Under the pieces are notes generated by a model. That model ran no database searches and was not told the origin of the DNA. It saw only the letters and a program-made list of their open reading frames with translations. 64,000 nucleotides of DNA, taken from positions 154-64,153 of the forward strand of contig JBBRXX010000027.1 in the NCBI GenBank assembly GCA_038238245.1, written 5' to 3'. The stretch comes from Acidimicrobiia bacterium. GTDB lineage: Bacteria > Actinomycetota > Acidimicrobiia > IMCC26256 > PALSA-610. The translations under genes and the position numbers were made by a program. Each line of letters begins with the position of its first letter. Position 1 is the first letter of the stretch. Below, one piece after another: positions 37,718 through 48,192 of the stretch.

Positions 37718-38896
37718 TCACACCGAGATGTGGAACAGGTCCCGGGCGTTGTCGCCCAGGAACTTGCGGCGGTCGGTCGTATCGGTGAACGCGGCCGCGA
37801 GCTCGTCGAGGTCGTTGATGTACTCGGGCGTGTGGTCGGCGTGCGGGAAGTCGGACGCCCACATGAACCGGTCGGCGCCGAAGCGATGGGCGAGCGCGGG
37901 AATTGTGCGCTCGTCGGGATCGCACGAAATCCACACGCGCTCGCGGAAGTAGTCGCTCGGCTTGTTCGCGAGCGGCACACGTTGCCCGATGTACGTGTGT
38001 CCGTACACCGCGTCGATGCGGTCGAGCCAGTAGCCGATCCATCCGCCGCCCGACTCGAGTACGACGACCTTGAGGCGCGGAAACCGATCGAACACGCCGT
38101 AGTCGAACAGCGTCGTGAATTGCTGGCGCACGCCGTCAGACGCCATCACCGAAGTCGTGAGCCGCAACTCCTTCAAGTGTTCCCACGTGCCCATGCGCAT
38201 GCCCTTCGTCCATTGCGGCTCGAAGGTGGGATGGATCGCGAACGGTACATCGAGATCCTGCGCCGCCGCGAACACGGGGTCGTTCGACGGATGACCGAGC
38301 GGCCGCGCGTCGTGCGTGAACGGCGCGACGTACCCACCGCGCGCGCCGTCGGCGACCGCGCGCTCGAGCTCCGCGGCTGCCGCAGCAGGGTCGCTCAGCG
38401 AGAGATGCGCGGTCGGCAGCAACCGTGGGTTGCCCGCGCAGAACTCACAGATCCAGCGGTTGTATGCGCGCGCGTACGCCTGGCTGAGCTCGGCGTCATC
38501 GAGCTCCGACTCCCATAGCAACCCGATCGTCGTGTAGAGCACGACCGCGTCGATGCCTTCGGCATCCAGCACGTCGATCCGTTCGGCCGGGTTCATGCTT
38601 CCGTACGGCGCCTCGTGAAGGTACGTGCGCGCCGGATCGAGCTGCATCGACTTCAAATCCGGGTCGCCCATCGCGCCGAGCGTCGACGGGAACCCCTTAC
38701 GGCTCAGCTTCGAACGCGCGCCGCCGATCTCGAGCTCTTCGAGACCATTCTCGTCGAGCACAATCCGCAGGGCCCGATCGCGATACTTCGGCTCGAGATA
38801 CGTCTCCCAAAGGTCAGGTGGTTCGAGAATGTGGCCGTCGGCGTCGACCGCGCCGGTCACCGACAGGCGCTTCGTCTCGTGAATCGACTTGGGCAT
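37718..38896 (-). CDS. Amidohydrolase-2 family protein
   Basis: DADGHILEP, LESGGGW, WASDFPHAD. Confidence 0.9.
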   Translation of the reverse strand: MPKSIHETKRLSVTGAVDADGHILEPPDLWETYLEPKYRDRALRIVLDENGLEELEIGGARSKLSRKGFPSTLGAMGDPDLKSMQLDPARTYLHEAPYGSMNPAERIDVLDAEGIDAVVLYTTIGLLWESELDDAELSQAYARAYNRWICEFCAGNPRLLPTAHLSLSDPAAAAAELERAVADGARGGYVAPFTHDARPLGHPSNDPVFAAAQDLDVPFAIHPTFEPQWTKGMRMGTWEHLKELRLTTSVMASDGVRQQFTTLFDYGVFDRFPRLKVVVLESGGGWIGYWLDRIDAVYGHTYIGQRVPLANKPSDYFRERVWISCDPDERTIPALAHRFGADRFMWASDFPHADHTPEYINDLDELAAAFTDTTDRRKFLGDNARDLFHISV

Positions 38897-38946
38897 CGTC
38901 AGAATTGGAAGATGCACGGATCGGGATGTCAACCGGGGAGCGCTCG

Positions 38947-39915
38947 ATGAGATCGTTTGCAGGTCGGCTGGCCGTCGTCACCGGCGGTGGAAGCGGCATG
39001 GGTGCTGAGCTCGTTGCCCAGCTGGCCGCCGAGGGGTGTTCGGTCGCCACATGCGACATCCGCCGGGAGGCGGTCGAGGACACGGCGCGGCGAGCCGCGA
39101 CGGACGCCCCGGCCGGGACGTCAGTGACCGCGCATGCCTGTGACGTCGCTGACGAGTCGTCCGTCGAACGCTTCCGCGACGAGGTGCTCGCCCAACATGG
39201 GCGCGATCACATCAATCTGCTGTTCAACAACGCGGGCGTCGGAGGCGGCGGCAGCTTCCTGCTCGCCAAGCGAGAGGAGTGGGACCGCACCTTCGCGATC
39301 GACTGGGGCGGCGTGTACCACTGCAGCCGCGTCTTCGTGCCTTTGCTCATCCAGAGCGACGAGGGCTATCTCGTGAACACGAGCAGCGTGAACGGGTTCT
39401 GGGCATCGCTCGGTCCGGGCATGCCGCATACGGCGTACAGCGCTGCGAAGTTCGCGGTGAAGGGATTCTCGGAAGCATTGCTCGAGGACTTTCGCATCAA
39501 CGCGCCCCATGTCAAGGTCGCGGTCGTGATGCCCGGCCACATCGGCACCGACATCGTGGTCAACTCGCGCATCGCGCACGGCATTGCGCACCCCGACGCC
39601 ATGACGCCCGGCGACATCGCCGCGTATCGCGAGGAGTTGAAGACGCTCGGCTACCCGATGGACCAGGTCGACGACGACGCGCTGCGCTCGATCATCAAGG
39701 GCATGGGCGAGCAGTTCCGCGCGTCGGCGCCGCTCACGGCGGCTCAGGCGGCGACGATCATCCTCGACGGCGTGCGCGCGGGAAAGTGGCGCATCCTCGT
39801 CGGCGACGACGCGCACCTCCTCGACGAGAAGGTGCGCGCCGATCCAGAGAACGCCTATGGACCTGATGGGATCTCGCTTGCGTCCATTGTGGGTTCGGCC
39901 GCCCGCAACAGTTGA
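38947..39915 (+). CDS. SDR oxidoreductase
   Basis: TGGGSGMG, NNAG, YSAAK. Confidence 0.92.
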   Translation: MRSFAGRLAVVTGGGSGMGAELVAQLAAEGCSVATCDIRREAVEDTARRAATDAPAGTSVTAHACDVADESSVERFRDEVLAQHGRDHINLLFNNAGVGGGGSFLLAKREEWDRTFAIDWGGVYHCSRVFVPLLIQSDEGYLVNTSSVNGFWASLGPGMPHTAYSAAKFAVKGFSEALLEDFRINAPHVKVAVVMPGHIGTDIVVNSRIAHGIAHPDAMTPGDIAAYREELKTLGYPMDQVDDDALRSIIKGMGEQFRASAPLTAAQAATIILDGVRAGKWRILVGDDAHLLDEKVRADPENAYGPDGISLASIVGSAARNS

Positions 39916-40011
39916 CGCGGTGGCGTCCGTACGCTGACCCGCAGTACGCGTTCGGCATTGTGGGTACATGACCCCCGATGGTGTCTTGACATGTCGCGCG
40001 AGGAGGAGTCC

Positions 40012-40404
40012 ATGGTCAGCCTGCAGGACTACCGGTGCGGCGCGTCCGCTGCAGTTTCCGACATGCAACGGGCACGCCAATTCTACGAAGGGTTGCTCGG
40101 GCTCGTGCCGGGCACCGACACCGGCGACATCGTCGGGTATCCGTGCGGGGGTGACACACAGATCAACGTGTACCTGTCGCCGTATGCGGGCACTGCGAAG
40201 TTCACGGTTGCCGGCTTCGACGTCGAAGACATCGAGACGGTGGTCGCGGAGCTCACGCAGCAGGGCGTGACGTTCGAGCAGTACGACCAGCCGCCCATCG
40301 TCACGGACGCGCAGGGTATTGCGCATTTCGCGGGTGACGCGAAGGTCGCCTACTTAAAGGATCCGGATGGCAACATCCTTTCCCTTGCGCAGGCGCCAAG
40401 ATGA
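40012..40404 (+). CDS. VOC/glyoxalase protein
   Basis: RARQFYEGLLGL, KDPDGNIL. Confidence 0.9.
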   Translation: MVSLQDYRCGASAAVSDMQRARQFYEGLLGLVPGTDTGDIVGYPCGGDTQINVYLSPYAGTAKFTVAGFDVEDIETVVAELTQQGVTFEQYDQPPIVTDAQGIAHFAGDAKVAYLKDPDGNILSLAQAPR

Positions 40405-40817
40405 CGGTCGCAACCGCACTTGCGCATTCCGAGGTCGCGACGCGGCTGCCTGCACAGGATCTCGATCGCGCGCGCCGCTGGTATGGGGAGAAGCTGGGCC
40501 TCGAGCCCGTCGAGGAGCGTCCGGGCGGGCTGCGATACAAGTGCGGCCCGACCTACTTCGTCGTGTTCCAGTCGACGGGAAAGGCTTCGGGCGAGTCCAC
40601 ACAGATGGCGTGGGAAGTCGACGACATCGACGCCGTCGTCGCTGACCTCATGTCGCGGGGAGTCGCCTTCGAAAGGGTCGACTCGCCCGGTATGAAGACC
40701 GTCAACGGCATCGCTGACATCGACGGGAACTACCCCTCGAAGGGTCGCGGTGAGCGGGGCCCCTGGCTCCGCGACAGCGAGGGAAATCTCCTCGGAATCG
40801 GGCAGGTGATCCGATGA
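40401..40817 (+). CDS. VOC/glyoxalase protein
   Basis: DLDRARRWY, RDSEGNLL; overlaps the previous stop (ATGA). Confidence 0.9.
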   Translation: MTVATALAHSEVATRLPAQDLDRARRWYGEKLGLEPVEERPGGLRYKCGPTYFVVFQSTGKASGESTQMAWEVDDIDAVVADLMSRGVAFERVDSPGMKTVNGIADIDGNYPSKGRGERGPWLRDSEGNLLGIGQVIR

Positions 40818-40883
40818 CTCTTCGCCGCCGGCGTCGTCTCAATTGCGGTGCACTGCAATCGAACCATCGGAGGTGCCGAGGAC

Positions 40884-41459
40884 ATGAGCGAGTGCGATTT
40901 GCATGCGGCCGCCGCGGTGATGGCGGAACTGGTCCGGACGGTCTCTGACGACCAGTTGACCGGGCCAACGCCCTGTCCGGACTACTCAATCGGAGATCTC
41001 GTCGACCACATCGGCGGTTTCGCGATGGCGTTCACGTGGGCCGCCAACAAGGAAGCCCCACCGGGCGATGCGCAAGGTCCGTCGGGTGATGCGTCGCGAC
41101 TCACCGACGACTGGCGCCGCCGCATTCCCACCGACCTCGTCAGGCTCGCCGCCGCATGGAAGCAACCCGAAGCGTGGACCGGCATGACCCAGGCCGGTGG
41201 CATCGACCTGCCGGGTGAGATCGCGGGCATCGTCGCGCTCGACGAATTGGTGATCCACGGATGGGACCTCGCGCGCGCGACGCACCAGCCGTTCGACGTG
41301 GATGCGCAGTCCCTCGACGCCATTGCAACGTTTGTGCAGGGCTTCTCGCCCGACGGAACATCGGGAATGTTCGGCCCCCGTGTGCCGGTGCCTGACACTG
41401 CACCGCTGCTCGATCGGGTCATCGGCATGTCGGGCCGCGACCCGAGTTGGCGAAACTGA
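40884..41459 (+). CDS. TIGR03086/MDMPI-family metal-binding protein
   Basis: TPCPDYSIGDLVDH, ELVIHGWDLARA, GRDP. Confidence 0.9.
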   Translation: MSECDLHAAAAVMAELVRTVSDDQLTGPTPCPDYSIGDLVDHIGGFAMAFTWAANKEAPPGDAQGPSGDASRLTDDWRRRIPTDLVRLAAAWKQPEAWTGMTQAGGIDLPGEIAGIVALDELVIHGWDLARATHQPFDVDAQSLDAIATFVQGFSPDGTSGMFGPRVPVPDTAPLLDRVIGMSGRDPSWRN

Positions 41460-41783
41460 CGACGGCGATCCTCAGCACAAAGCTGAGCAGTTCGCGTGCA
41501 CGAAAAGTGAGCGGTGTGATTGGGGTGCGTCAGCGGCACGTCGTCCGTAAGACTCCTTCGACCGCGGACGCAAGCGTGATCATGAACATCGCCTCCTCCT
41601 TCACATGCGGAACGCGCGGGACGGTCGCACGCGTACCCACGATGAGCTTTGAGGTAGACGACACCGCACGTCGCTGAAATGTGACATCAGAATCTCGGAC
41701 GACGGAGCTGTTGTTGTCACGTTTTCGCTCCGTGCGGTGTGTGACATCGCAGGTACGTCGGTGTGCACACGAGCGGAAGACGG

Positions 41784-43709
41784 ATGCCCATGCGAAGGTC
41801 GCTTCCTGTCACGGTATTGCTCGCGGCGGTCTTGGTCGGCGCTGCGGCCTCGGCGTCCGCCGTCTCTGTCGCTTCGCCCCGAGGGGGCGACGCGGCGGTC
41901 ATTACGCACCCTTCTTACGACTACGTCGCGACCATCATGACGTTCCCGGGCGGCGTGTACCGAGCCTGGTGGTGCGGGCAGGTCAGGCCGTCGCATGATG
42001 CGGTCTATTCCGCGAGCTCGTCTTCGATGACCGGCGGGTGGTCGACGCCCCTCGTGCAGTTCTGGAACTCGAGCAGTTCTGCAAACTTCGACGGAACACA
42101 CGTCTGCGACCCGTCAGTCCTGCGTGTGAACGCCACCTATTACATGTACTACGGCGGCGAGGACAACGGTGACGACGCCAACACGCAGATTGGTGTTGCG
42201 ACGAGCCCGGACGGCACGCACTGGAGTCGCGCGAACGGAGGTCGCCCGATCGTGGCGCCGCAGAGCTTTGGGCGCACCTACGGGGCCGGTCAGCCGAGCG
42301 TTGTCTACCTCGACGGCTACTTCTACATGATCTACAACGACAGCACCGGGAACGGGGGAGACGGACAGTACGTCGTTCGGTCGCCGGATCCGTTGTTTCA
42401 AGCCGGAGTCCAGGTGTTCACGGGTTCAGGCTTTGCGCCGAGAACCGCCGCCAACGCCACGGCGCACATGTTCATCGGTGCGCATTCGGTCGACTGGATG
42501 TACAGCGACGTCCTGCACGAGTTCGTCATCGCGAACGACTCGTCACGAGGAGGCACGCAGCTGATCTTCTACAGCAAAGATCTCCGGACGCGACTCTCCG
42601 ACACCCAATCAATTCCCGGAACGTGGGATGACGGTCCGGGACTCACCCGCCGGTCGGACGGCCACGTACCCTTCTCCTCCGCGTGGCTGCCGACGCTGCC
42701 GATCGACATCCTGCGCGGCTGCTGTGCACAGCTCCCTCCGAGCGCCTCTCCCGAACAGAAGGCCGCGGTCGTGGCGACCTGGGACCTTGCGTACAGCGGG
42801 GCCGACGTCGTGACGGGCGTGACGGTCCCGCAGTACCACCTGGTGGCGAAGCATTCCGGTATGTGCATGGACGTGACCGGCAACAGCACCAGCGACGGCG
42901 CGCGGCTGCAGCAGTGGGATTGCCGAAGCCCTGCTGATGCGCCGAACCAGATCTTCTCTCTCGTGCAATCGTCGGGCGGGTTTGCACAGCTGGTGGCCAA
43001 GAACAGCGGCAAGTGCGTTGACGTCTCAGGAGCGAGCCAGGCAACCCAAGCAACGCTGCAGCAGTACACGTGTCTCGGGCAGGACCAGCCGAACCAGCTG
43101 TGGCGTTTCGTCTCCACGGGTGACGGCTATGGCCGGCTGATCGCCAAGCACTCCGGCCAGTGCGCCGACGTGACCGGCGCCGGCTTCGCGAACGGAGCTG
43201 CGATCCAGCAATACACCTGCCTTTCTACGGCGGCGAACCAGCGCTGGAAGCTGCAGCCGATCGCACAACTCCCGTATCACCTGGTCGCGAAGCATTCCGG
43301 CAAGTGCATGGACGTCACCGGCAACAGCACCAGCGACGGCGCGCGGCTGCAGCAGTGGGATTGCCGAAGCCCTGCTGATGCGCCGAACCAGATCTTCGTC
43401 CTCGTGCAATCGTCGGGCGGCTACGTACAGCTCGTGGCCAAGAACAGCGGCAAGTGCGTTGACGTCTCGGGCGCCAGCACGGCACCTCAGGCCGCACTCC
43501 AGCAATACAGCTGCCTCGGCCCCTACCAGCCGAACCAGCTGTGGCGTTTCGTCTCCACGGATGACGGCTATGGCCGGCTGATCGCCAAGCACTCCGGCCA
43601 GTGCGCCGACGTGACCGGCGCCAGCTTCGCGAACGGAGCTGCGATCCAGCAGTACACGTGCCTTTCTACGGCGGCGAACCAGCGCTGGAAGCTACAGCCG
43701 GTGAGCTGA
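41784..43709 (+). CDS. Secreted five-bladed propeller glycosidase (GH43-like) plus two ricin-B/CBM13 domains
   Basis: CDPSVLRV..YYMYYGG, GQPSVVY; KHSGKCxDV..QQ(W/Y)xC..NQxW repeats. Confidence 0.82.
   Translation: MPMRRSLPVTVLLAAVLVGAAASASAVSVASPRGGDAAVITHPSYDYVATIMTFPGGVYRAWWCGQVRPSHDAVYSASSSSMTGGWSTPLVQFWNSSSSANFDGTHVCDPSVLRVNATYYMYYGGEDNGDDANTQIGVATSPDGTHWSRANGGRPIVAPQSFGRTYGAGQPSVVYLDGYFYMIYNDSTGNGGDGQYVVRSPDPLFQAGVQVFTGSGFAPRTAANATAHMFIGAHSVDWMYSDVLHEFVIANDSSRGGTQLIFYSKDLRTRLSDTQSIPGTWDDGPGLTRRSDGHVPFSSAWLPTLPIDILRGCCAQLPPSASPEQKAAVVATWDLAYSGADVVTGVTVPQYHLVAKHSGMCMDVTGNSTSDGARLQQWDCRSPADAPNQIFSLVQSSGGFAQLVAKNSGKCVDVSGASQATQATLQQYTCLGQDQPNQLWRFVSTGDGYGRLIAKHSGQCADVTGAGFANGAAIQQYTCLSTAANQRWKLQPIAQLPYHLVAKHSGKCMDVTGNSTSDGARLQQWDCRSPADAPNQIFVLVQSSGGYVQLVAKNSGKCVDVSGASTAPQAALQQYSCLGPYQPNQLWRFVSTDDGYGRLIAKHSGQCADVTGASFANGAAIQQYTCLSTAANQRWKLQPVS
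42834..43700 (+). repeat. Intragenic tandem duplication, period 441 bp
   Basis: 42834-43259 versus 43275-43700, long identical DNA stretches. Confidence 0.92.
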
Positions 43710-44117
43710 TGGGGTCCGCAACTTCGTCGGGTTGAACGACCTTGACGTCACCCGCAGCGCCGTTCCCCTGCGAGCTTCCTTTCGTCGCTATCCGAACGTG
43801 AAGCAGAGCGCGCCGACGCCGGCATCGAGGAACTCGATCTCGAAAAACCGATCTTTGATGCGCTCTGCCGCTCCACGTGCTCACAACGAACCGACTCTGA
43901 TGAGCGACTTGATCGCAGCGCGCATCGAACTCCTTTCGAGTTGCCTGCTCGGCCCTGCCCGGCACGGTGTTCATGAAACCGGAAGCGTGTATATCAAGGG
44001 CGTTCGTTGACAGGGGACTGCCACGGCCTGCGGCGCGGGAGAGCTCCTAGTCTGGACCTCGGACGCCAGGCGACATAGCGACATAGAGCGCTGACCATCG
44101 ATCTCACCGGAGGAGCA

Positions 44118-44504
44118 ATGGGAATCGAACCGAAGCCGGCGACGATCAAGGGCCCCGCCGAGTGGTTCACCGGCGACGTGTGGATCGACCCGATCGTCCA
44201 ACCCCACGGGGACTCGCAGCTCAACATCGGCGCCGTCCACTTCACGCCCGGCGCTCGTACCGCCTGGCACGCCCATAATGGCGGCCAGACGCTGTACGTC
44301 ACCGAAGGCCGCGGCCTTGTGCAATCACGCGGTGAGGAGGTTTTCGAGATCCGGCCCGGCGACGTCCATGTCACTGCCGACGGTCAAGAGCACTGGCACG
44401 GCGCGACCCACGATCACTTCATGACCCACATCTCGATCACCCGCGGCTCCGCCACGTGGGGCGACCACGTCACCGACATCGAATACGACGACCCGACGCA
44501 CTGA
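44118..44504 (+). CDS. Cupin-domain protein
   Basis: FTPGARTAWHAH..GQTL..EG; HWHGA. Confidence 0.92.
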   Translation: MGIEPKPATIKGPAEWFTGDVWIDPIVQPHGDSQLNIGAVHFTPGARTAWHAHNGGQTLYVTEGRGLVQSRGEEVFEIRPGDVHVTADGQEHWHGATHDHFMTHISITRGSATWGDHVTDIEYDDPTH

Positions 44505-44535
44505 CACGTGCCCCACGGCGAACCGGTCGGGAGAG

Positions 44536-44961
44536 GTGAGCGCGATCGGCGTTATCAGCCTCCTTGCGGTCCTGACCGTACGAGAGGACGGCGCGCTGGG
44601 CGCGAATGCGGCCTTCGGCAAGTCACTCGTCGCGATCCATGATTGGACGTTCCTGCTCGGACCGGGCTTCGTGGTCGGCGTCGGGAACGGACTGCTGCTG
44701 CGCTATCTGATGTACCGGTCCGGTTTGGTGCCGCGAGGTATGGCCAGGCTGGGTCTCATCGGAGGGCCGCTGATCTGCGCCTCGGGCATCCTCGTCCTCT
44801 TCGACGTCATCGATGCCGGCTCCCCGGTACAGCTCATCGCGACCATCCCGGAATTCGTTTGGGAGTTGTCGCTCGGCATCTACCTCATCCGCAAGGGATT
44901 CAAGCCGCCTCCGATCCTCTCCGCTGACGCGACCCAGTTCGCGCGACTCCCGCAGACCTGA
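44536..44961 (+). pseudogene. DUF4386-like membrane protein, 5'-truncated
   Basis: HDWTFLLGPG, MYRSGLVPR, WELSLGIYL..KGF; N-terminal helices absent. Confidence 0.65.
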
Positions 44962-44977
44962 GCCGACCTCGGTTCGT

Positions 44978-45409
44978 CTATGCCCTCTTCCCCGGTCGCT
45001 TGGCGGCTGAGGACTCGTTCAGTGCCACCGCTGCGCGCACGAGCGCCTTCAACGCCTTTTCATCGATCTTCTCGCCCTCATGAAAATCGATGGCACGCCT
45101 GGTGTTGCCTTCGAGACTGGAGTTGAAGAGGCCTGAAGGGTCCTTCAACGAGGCGCCCTTGGCGAAGGTCATCTTCACGACGCTCTTGTACGTCTCACCG
45201 GTGCAGATGATTCCGCTGTGCGACCACGTCGGAACCCCTCTCCACTTCCACTCCTCGACCACTTCAGGATCGGCCTGCTTGACGAGGGATCGGACCCGAG
45301 CGAGCGTCTTGCCTCGCCAATCATTCAGCTCCTTGATGCGTTCATCTATCAGCTGAGAGGGAGTGTCTGCCCCTTCTCCTCCCTTCGAGCCGCTCTTCTT
45401 CTTGTCCAT
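44978..45409 (-). CDS. DUF1801 (YdhG-like) protein
   Basis: DWRGKTL..EEWKW..GIICTGETYK..NTRRAID. Confidence 0.9.
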   Translation of the reverse strand: MDKKKSGSKGGEGADTPSQLIDERIKELNDWRGKTLARVRSLVKQADPEVVEEWKWRGVPTWSHSGIICTGETYKSVVKMTFAKGASLKDPSGLFNSSLEGNTRRAIDFHEGEKIDEKALKALVRAAVALNESSAAKRPGKRA

Positions 45410-45526
45410 GAGGTTGTCGCTCTCTTCGTGATTTAGTTCCGCGGTACTTGACCGTGCTGTTCGGGGTTGTACAGATATGCGCCCAGCGCGAGAATTGTTG
45501 GGCAACGCGAACACTTGGAGGCAAGT

Positions 45527-46291
45527 GTGGACGGTCGCAAGCTAGCTGCCGAGTTCGTGGGCACTGCACTCCTCGTCATCCTCGCGGTGGGAGCTGCGAC
45601 ACTCTCGTTCGGGTTCAAGATCGCCGGCGCGAGCACGTCGTCCGGGGTCGTGATGACGGCGTTCACGTTCGGGCTCGTGCTGCTCTCACTCGTGTATGCC
45701 ATCGGACCGATCTCGGGATGTCACGTGAACCCCGCGGTCACGATGGGCTTTGTGGTGTCGAGGCGGATGGCGCTCTCCGACGCGATCGGCTACTGGATCG
45801 CCCAGTTTGCCGGCGGCGTTGTCGGCGCGCTCGTGCTCTGGGCGATCTTCCAGGGCGCGCCCGACTATTCGCGCAAGTCCACCGGACTCGGCGCTGACGG
45901 GTGGGGCAAGCACTCGATGATCGGTCTGAACGGCGGCGGAGCGTTCGCGGCGGAGGTCGTGCTCACCTTCCTCTTCGTACTGGTTGTGCTGAGCGCCACG
46001 AGCTACATCGCCTCGGCGAACTTCGCGGGACTTGCCATCGGCATGGCGCTCACAGCGTTACACCTCTTTGGCATCGCCCTCACCGGCACATCGGTGAACC
46101 CGGCGCGCAGCGTCGGTCCGGCGATCGTCGTTGGTGGCGACGCGCTCACCCAGGTGTGGCTGTTCATTGTTGCGCCGCTCGTCGGGGGCGCAATCGCCGC
46201 GGTTGCGCATCGTTACGTTTTCTACGAACGTGCCGAAGACGCAGTGCGCGTCGCGGGCGGCGTCGAACCCTCAGACGTCGTCGTCTCGTAG
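45527..46291 (+). CDS. aqpZ: Aquaporin (MIP family)
   Basis: SGCHVNPAVT and GTSVNPARS NPA motifs. Confidence 0.9.
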   Translation: MDGRKLAAEFVGTALLVILAVGAATLSFGFKIAGASTSSGVVMTAFTFGLVLLSLVYAIGPISGCHVNPAVTMGFVVSRRMALSDAIGYWIAQFAGGVVGALVLWAIFQGAPDYSRKSTGLGADGWGKHSMIGLNGGGAFAAEVVLTFLFVLVVLSATSYIASANFAGLAIGMALTALHLFGIALTGTSVNPARSVGPAIVVGGDALTQVWLFIVAPLVGGAIAAVAHRYVFYERAEDAVRVAGGVEPSDVVVS

Positions 46292-46605
46292 GACGGGGAG
46301 ACGCGCATCGGCTTGGCGCGCGACGCAGTGTGGGACGTCGCCCGCATTTTGCGAACTGGCCACCTGACCAGTAGTTCGTCAGCTCGGTCGGCGCAATGCT
46401 GGAAGCGGCAAGCGATAAAGGAAGGGCGCGCCCTGGTGTGGGTGTGGTCGTCGTGCTGTCCGCTGCAGAACAGCACTCTCGATCTCTCCAGTCGCGCGAA
46501 AGGCGGGTTCCGCTCGCATGGGGGCCGGCCTCCCTTGTTGGACACGTTCTCCAACGACGCCGAAACGGCCACAGTTGCAAGCCCAGCGAGGGGAGGGGCC
46601 CCAAA

Positions 46606-48192
46606 ATGGCCAGCAGCCGCTGGAGAAAAGGCCGTCGCGCGTCGTTCGAGCGGCCGGGTTCGGAGACATGGTCCGAGAGATCGGACGAGGAGCACGAGAG
46701 AGTGGACGGGCCGCGGGACGTGCCAGGTGATGCCGCGCCTCTGCGTGCGGAAGAAACGTCGGTGCAGGGCCGACCGGCAGATGGCAGTAACGCGGGGGGC
46801 GAGCCAACGGGAGCGGAGCCCATGAGCAAGAGGGCCCGGGCGCGGGCCCGGCGGACGAAGGAGGAAGCGGCGCGTGAAAGGCGGGCGCGTCGGGGCACCT
46901 ACCGATCTCCCGGTACCGCGACAGGCGCGTTGGCTGAGTCCGAGTTGCCGTTGGTAGACGCGGCTGAGCGCGAGGTTGCCCGGCGCGCTGACGAGCTGGT
47001 CGACGCGATTGCGCAGGCGCAGCGCACGACAGACGAATTGCAGCGAGCGAACCAGGCGGCGGCCGAGGCCGAGGACCAAGCCCGCGTCGCGGCGCAACGT
47101 GACGTCGAATTGCGCCAGCGGCTCGCGGAAGAACGCTTAGCCGCCGATCAGGAAGCCGAGCGTCGACGGCGCGCGGAAGCCGCGGCGCTCGAGCGGCGCG
47201 CGCGCGAGTTCGACGAGGCTGAGGCGGCTCGGAAGCGGCTGCGCTTGGAGTCCTTCAGGAGCGCCTTGTCGGCCGCGGCGGAGGCGCGCGCGCAGGCACA
47301 ACGCCTGGCGAGCGAGCGTGCGGCGGAGGCCCGCCGAGTGGCCGACGAAGCGGAAGCCGCGGCGCGCGCCCTCGAGGCCGCGGTCGGTGAGGTTGCCGCG
47401 GCGTCGGAAGCCGAGGAAAAGGACGCCGTCGCGGACGCTGAGGTGCGCGCTCGCGTCGATACCGAAGCCGCGGCAGCAGAACGGGCTCTGGAGAACGAGC
47501 GAGCGGCGGCGCGGGTCGAAGCGTTCAAGCAAGCCGAGCGCGAGAATCAAGAGCAGCGCGGGCGTGCCGAAGAGCAAGCGCTTGCGGCGGCGGCAGAGCA
47601 CCTCGCCCGTTCCGAGGCGAGAATACGTGAGCTCTTGGGAACTGTGCTCGTCCTGGAGGATCAGCAGGCAGAGGTCGCTCGGACCGTCGCGGCTCGCGAG
47701 GCGTCGGTCGCCGAGGCGGAGCGGCTCGCGGACGCCGCCCGGAATGCCGAAGTCCGGTCGCGCGAAGCGCGGCAGGCCGAAGAGGCTGCCCGCGAAGGAG
47801 CACGTGTGGCCGAGAGTCGGGCCGCCGCGGCGCGGGCAGAGATACAGCGCGCGACCGCGCAAGCCGAGGAAGCGGCCAGCCAAGCCGCCGGGCTGATTCG
47901 TCAAGCCGAGCAGCTGTCCGCCGAAGCTCGCCATGCCGAACAACTGGCAGCAGCTTCGGCGCGGGCACTCGAGTTGCCAGGATCGAGTCTCCTCGAGAAC
48001 CCAGAAGATCATGACCGACGCGATGAGTCCGCGTCCGCTGCGGAAATCGACCTCACAGCAGGCGACGATGTCGACGTCGCAGCCGCACCTGATGGCAGCT
48101 TCTCGGAGGAAGAGCCCGTTGATCTAGTGCGTGAAGATCGAGGAAGCCACATCGCCGGAGGCTCTGACGTCACCACCGCGGATCCTGGGTGA
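46606..48192 (+). CDS. Ala/Glu/Arg-rich coiled-coil protein
   Basis: Long heptad-like AEA/RRA stretch and acidic tail; start uncertain. Confidence 0.65.
   Translation: MASSRWRKGRRASFERPGSETWSERSDEEHERVDGPRDVPGDAAPLRAEETSVQGRPADGSNAGGEPTGAEPMSKRARARARRTKEEAARERRARRGTYRSPGTATGALAESELPLVDAAEREVARRADELVDAIAQAQRTTDELQRANQAAAEAEDQARVAAQRDVELRQRLAEERLAADQEAERRRRAEAAALERRAREFDEAEAARKRLRLESFRSALSAAAEARAQAQRLASERAAEARRVADEAEAAARALEAAVGEVAAASEAEEKDAVADAEVRARVDTEAAAAERALENERAAARVEAFKQAERENQEQRGRAEEQALAAAAEHLARSEARIRELLGTVLVLEDQQAEVARTVAAREASVAEAERLADAARNAEVRSREARQAEEAAREGARVAESRAAAARAEIQRATAQAEEAASQAAGLIRQAEQLSAEARHAEQLAAASARALELPGSSLLENPEDHDRRDESASAAEIDLTAGDDVDVAAAPDGSFSEEEPVDLVREDRGSHIAGGSDVTTADPG

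Noticed and set aside
41680-41750. CRP-like sites (tgtgacatc twice)
   Set aside because: Only half-sites; no correctly spaced TCACA.
43897-43925. Hammerhead ribozyme (CUGAUGA plus small stem)
   Set aside because: No GAAA after stem II and no supporting stems I/III.
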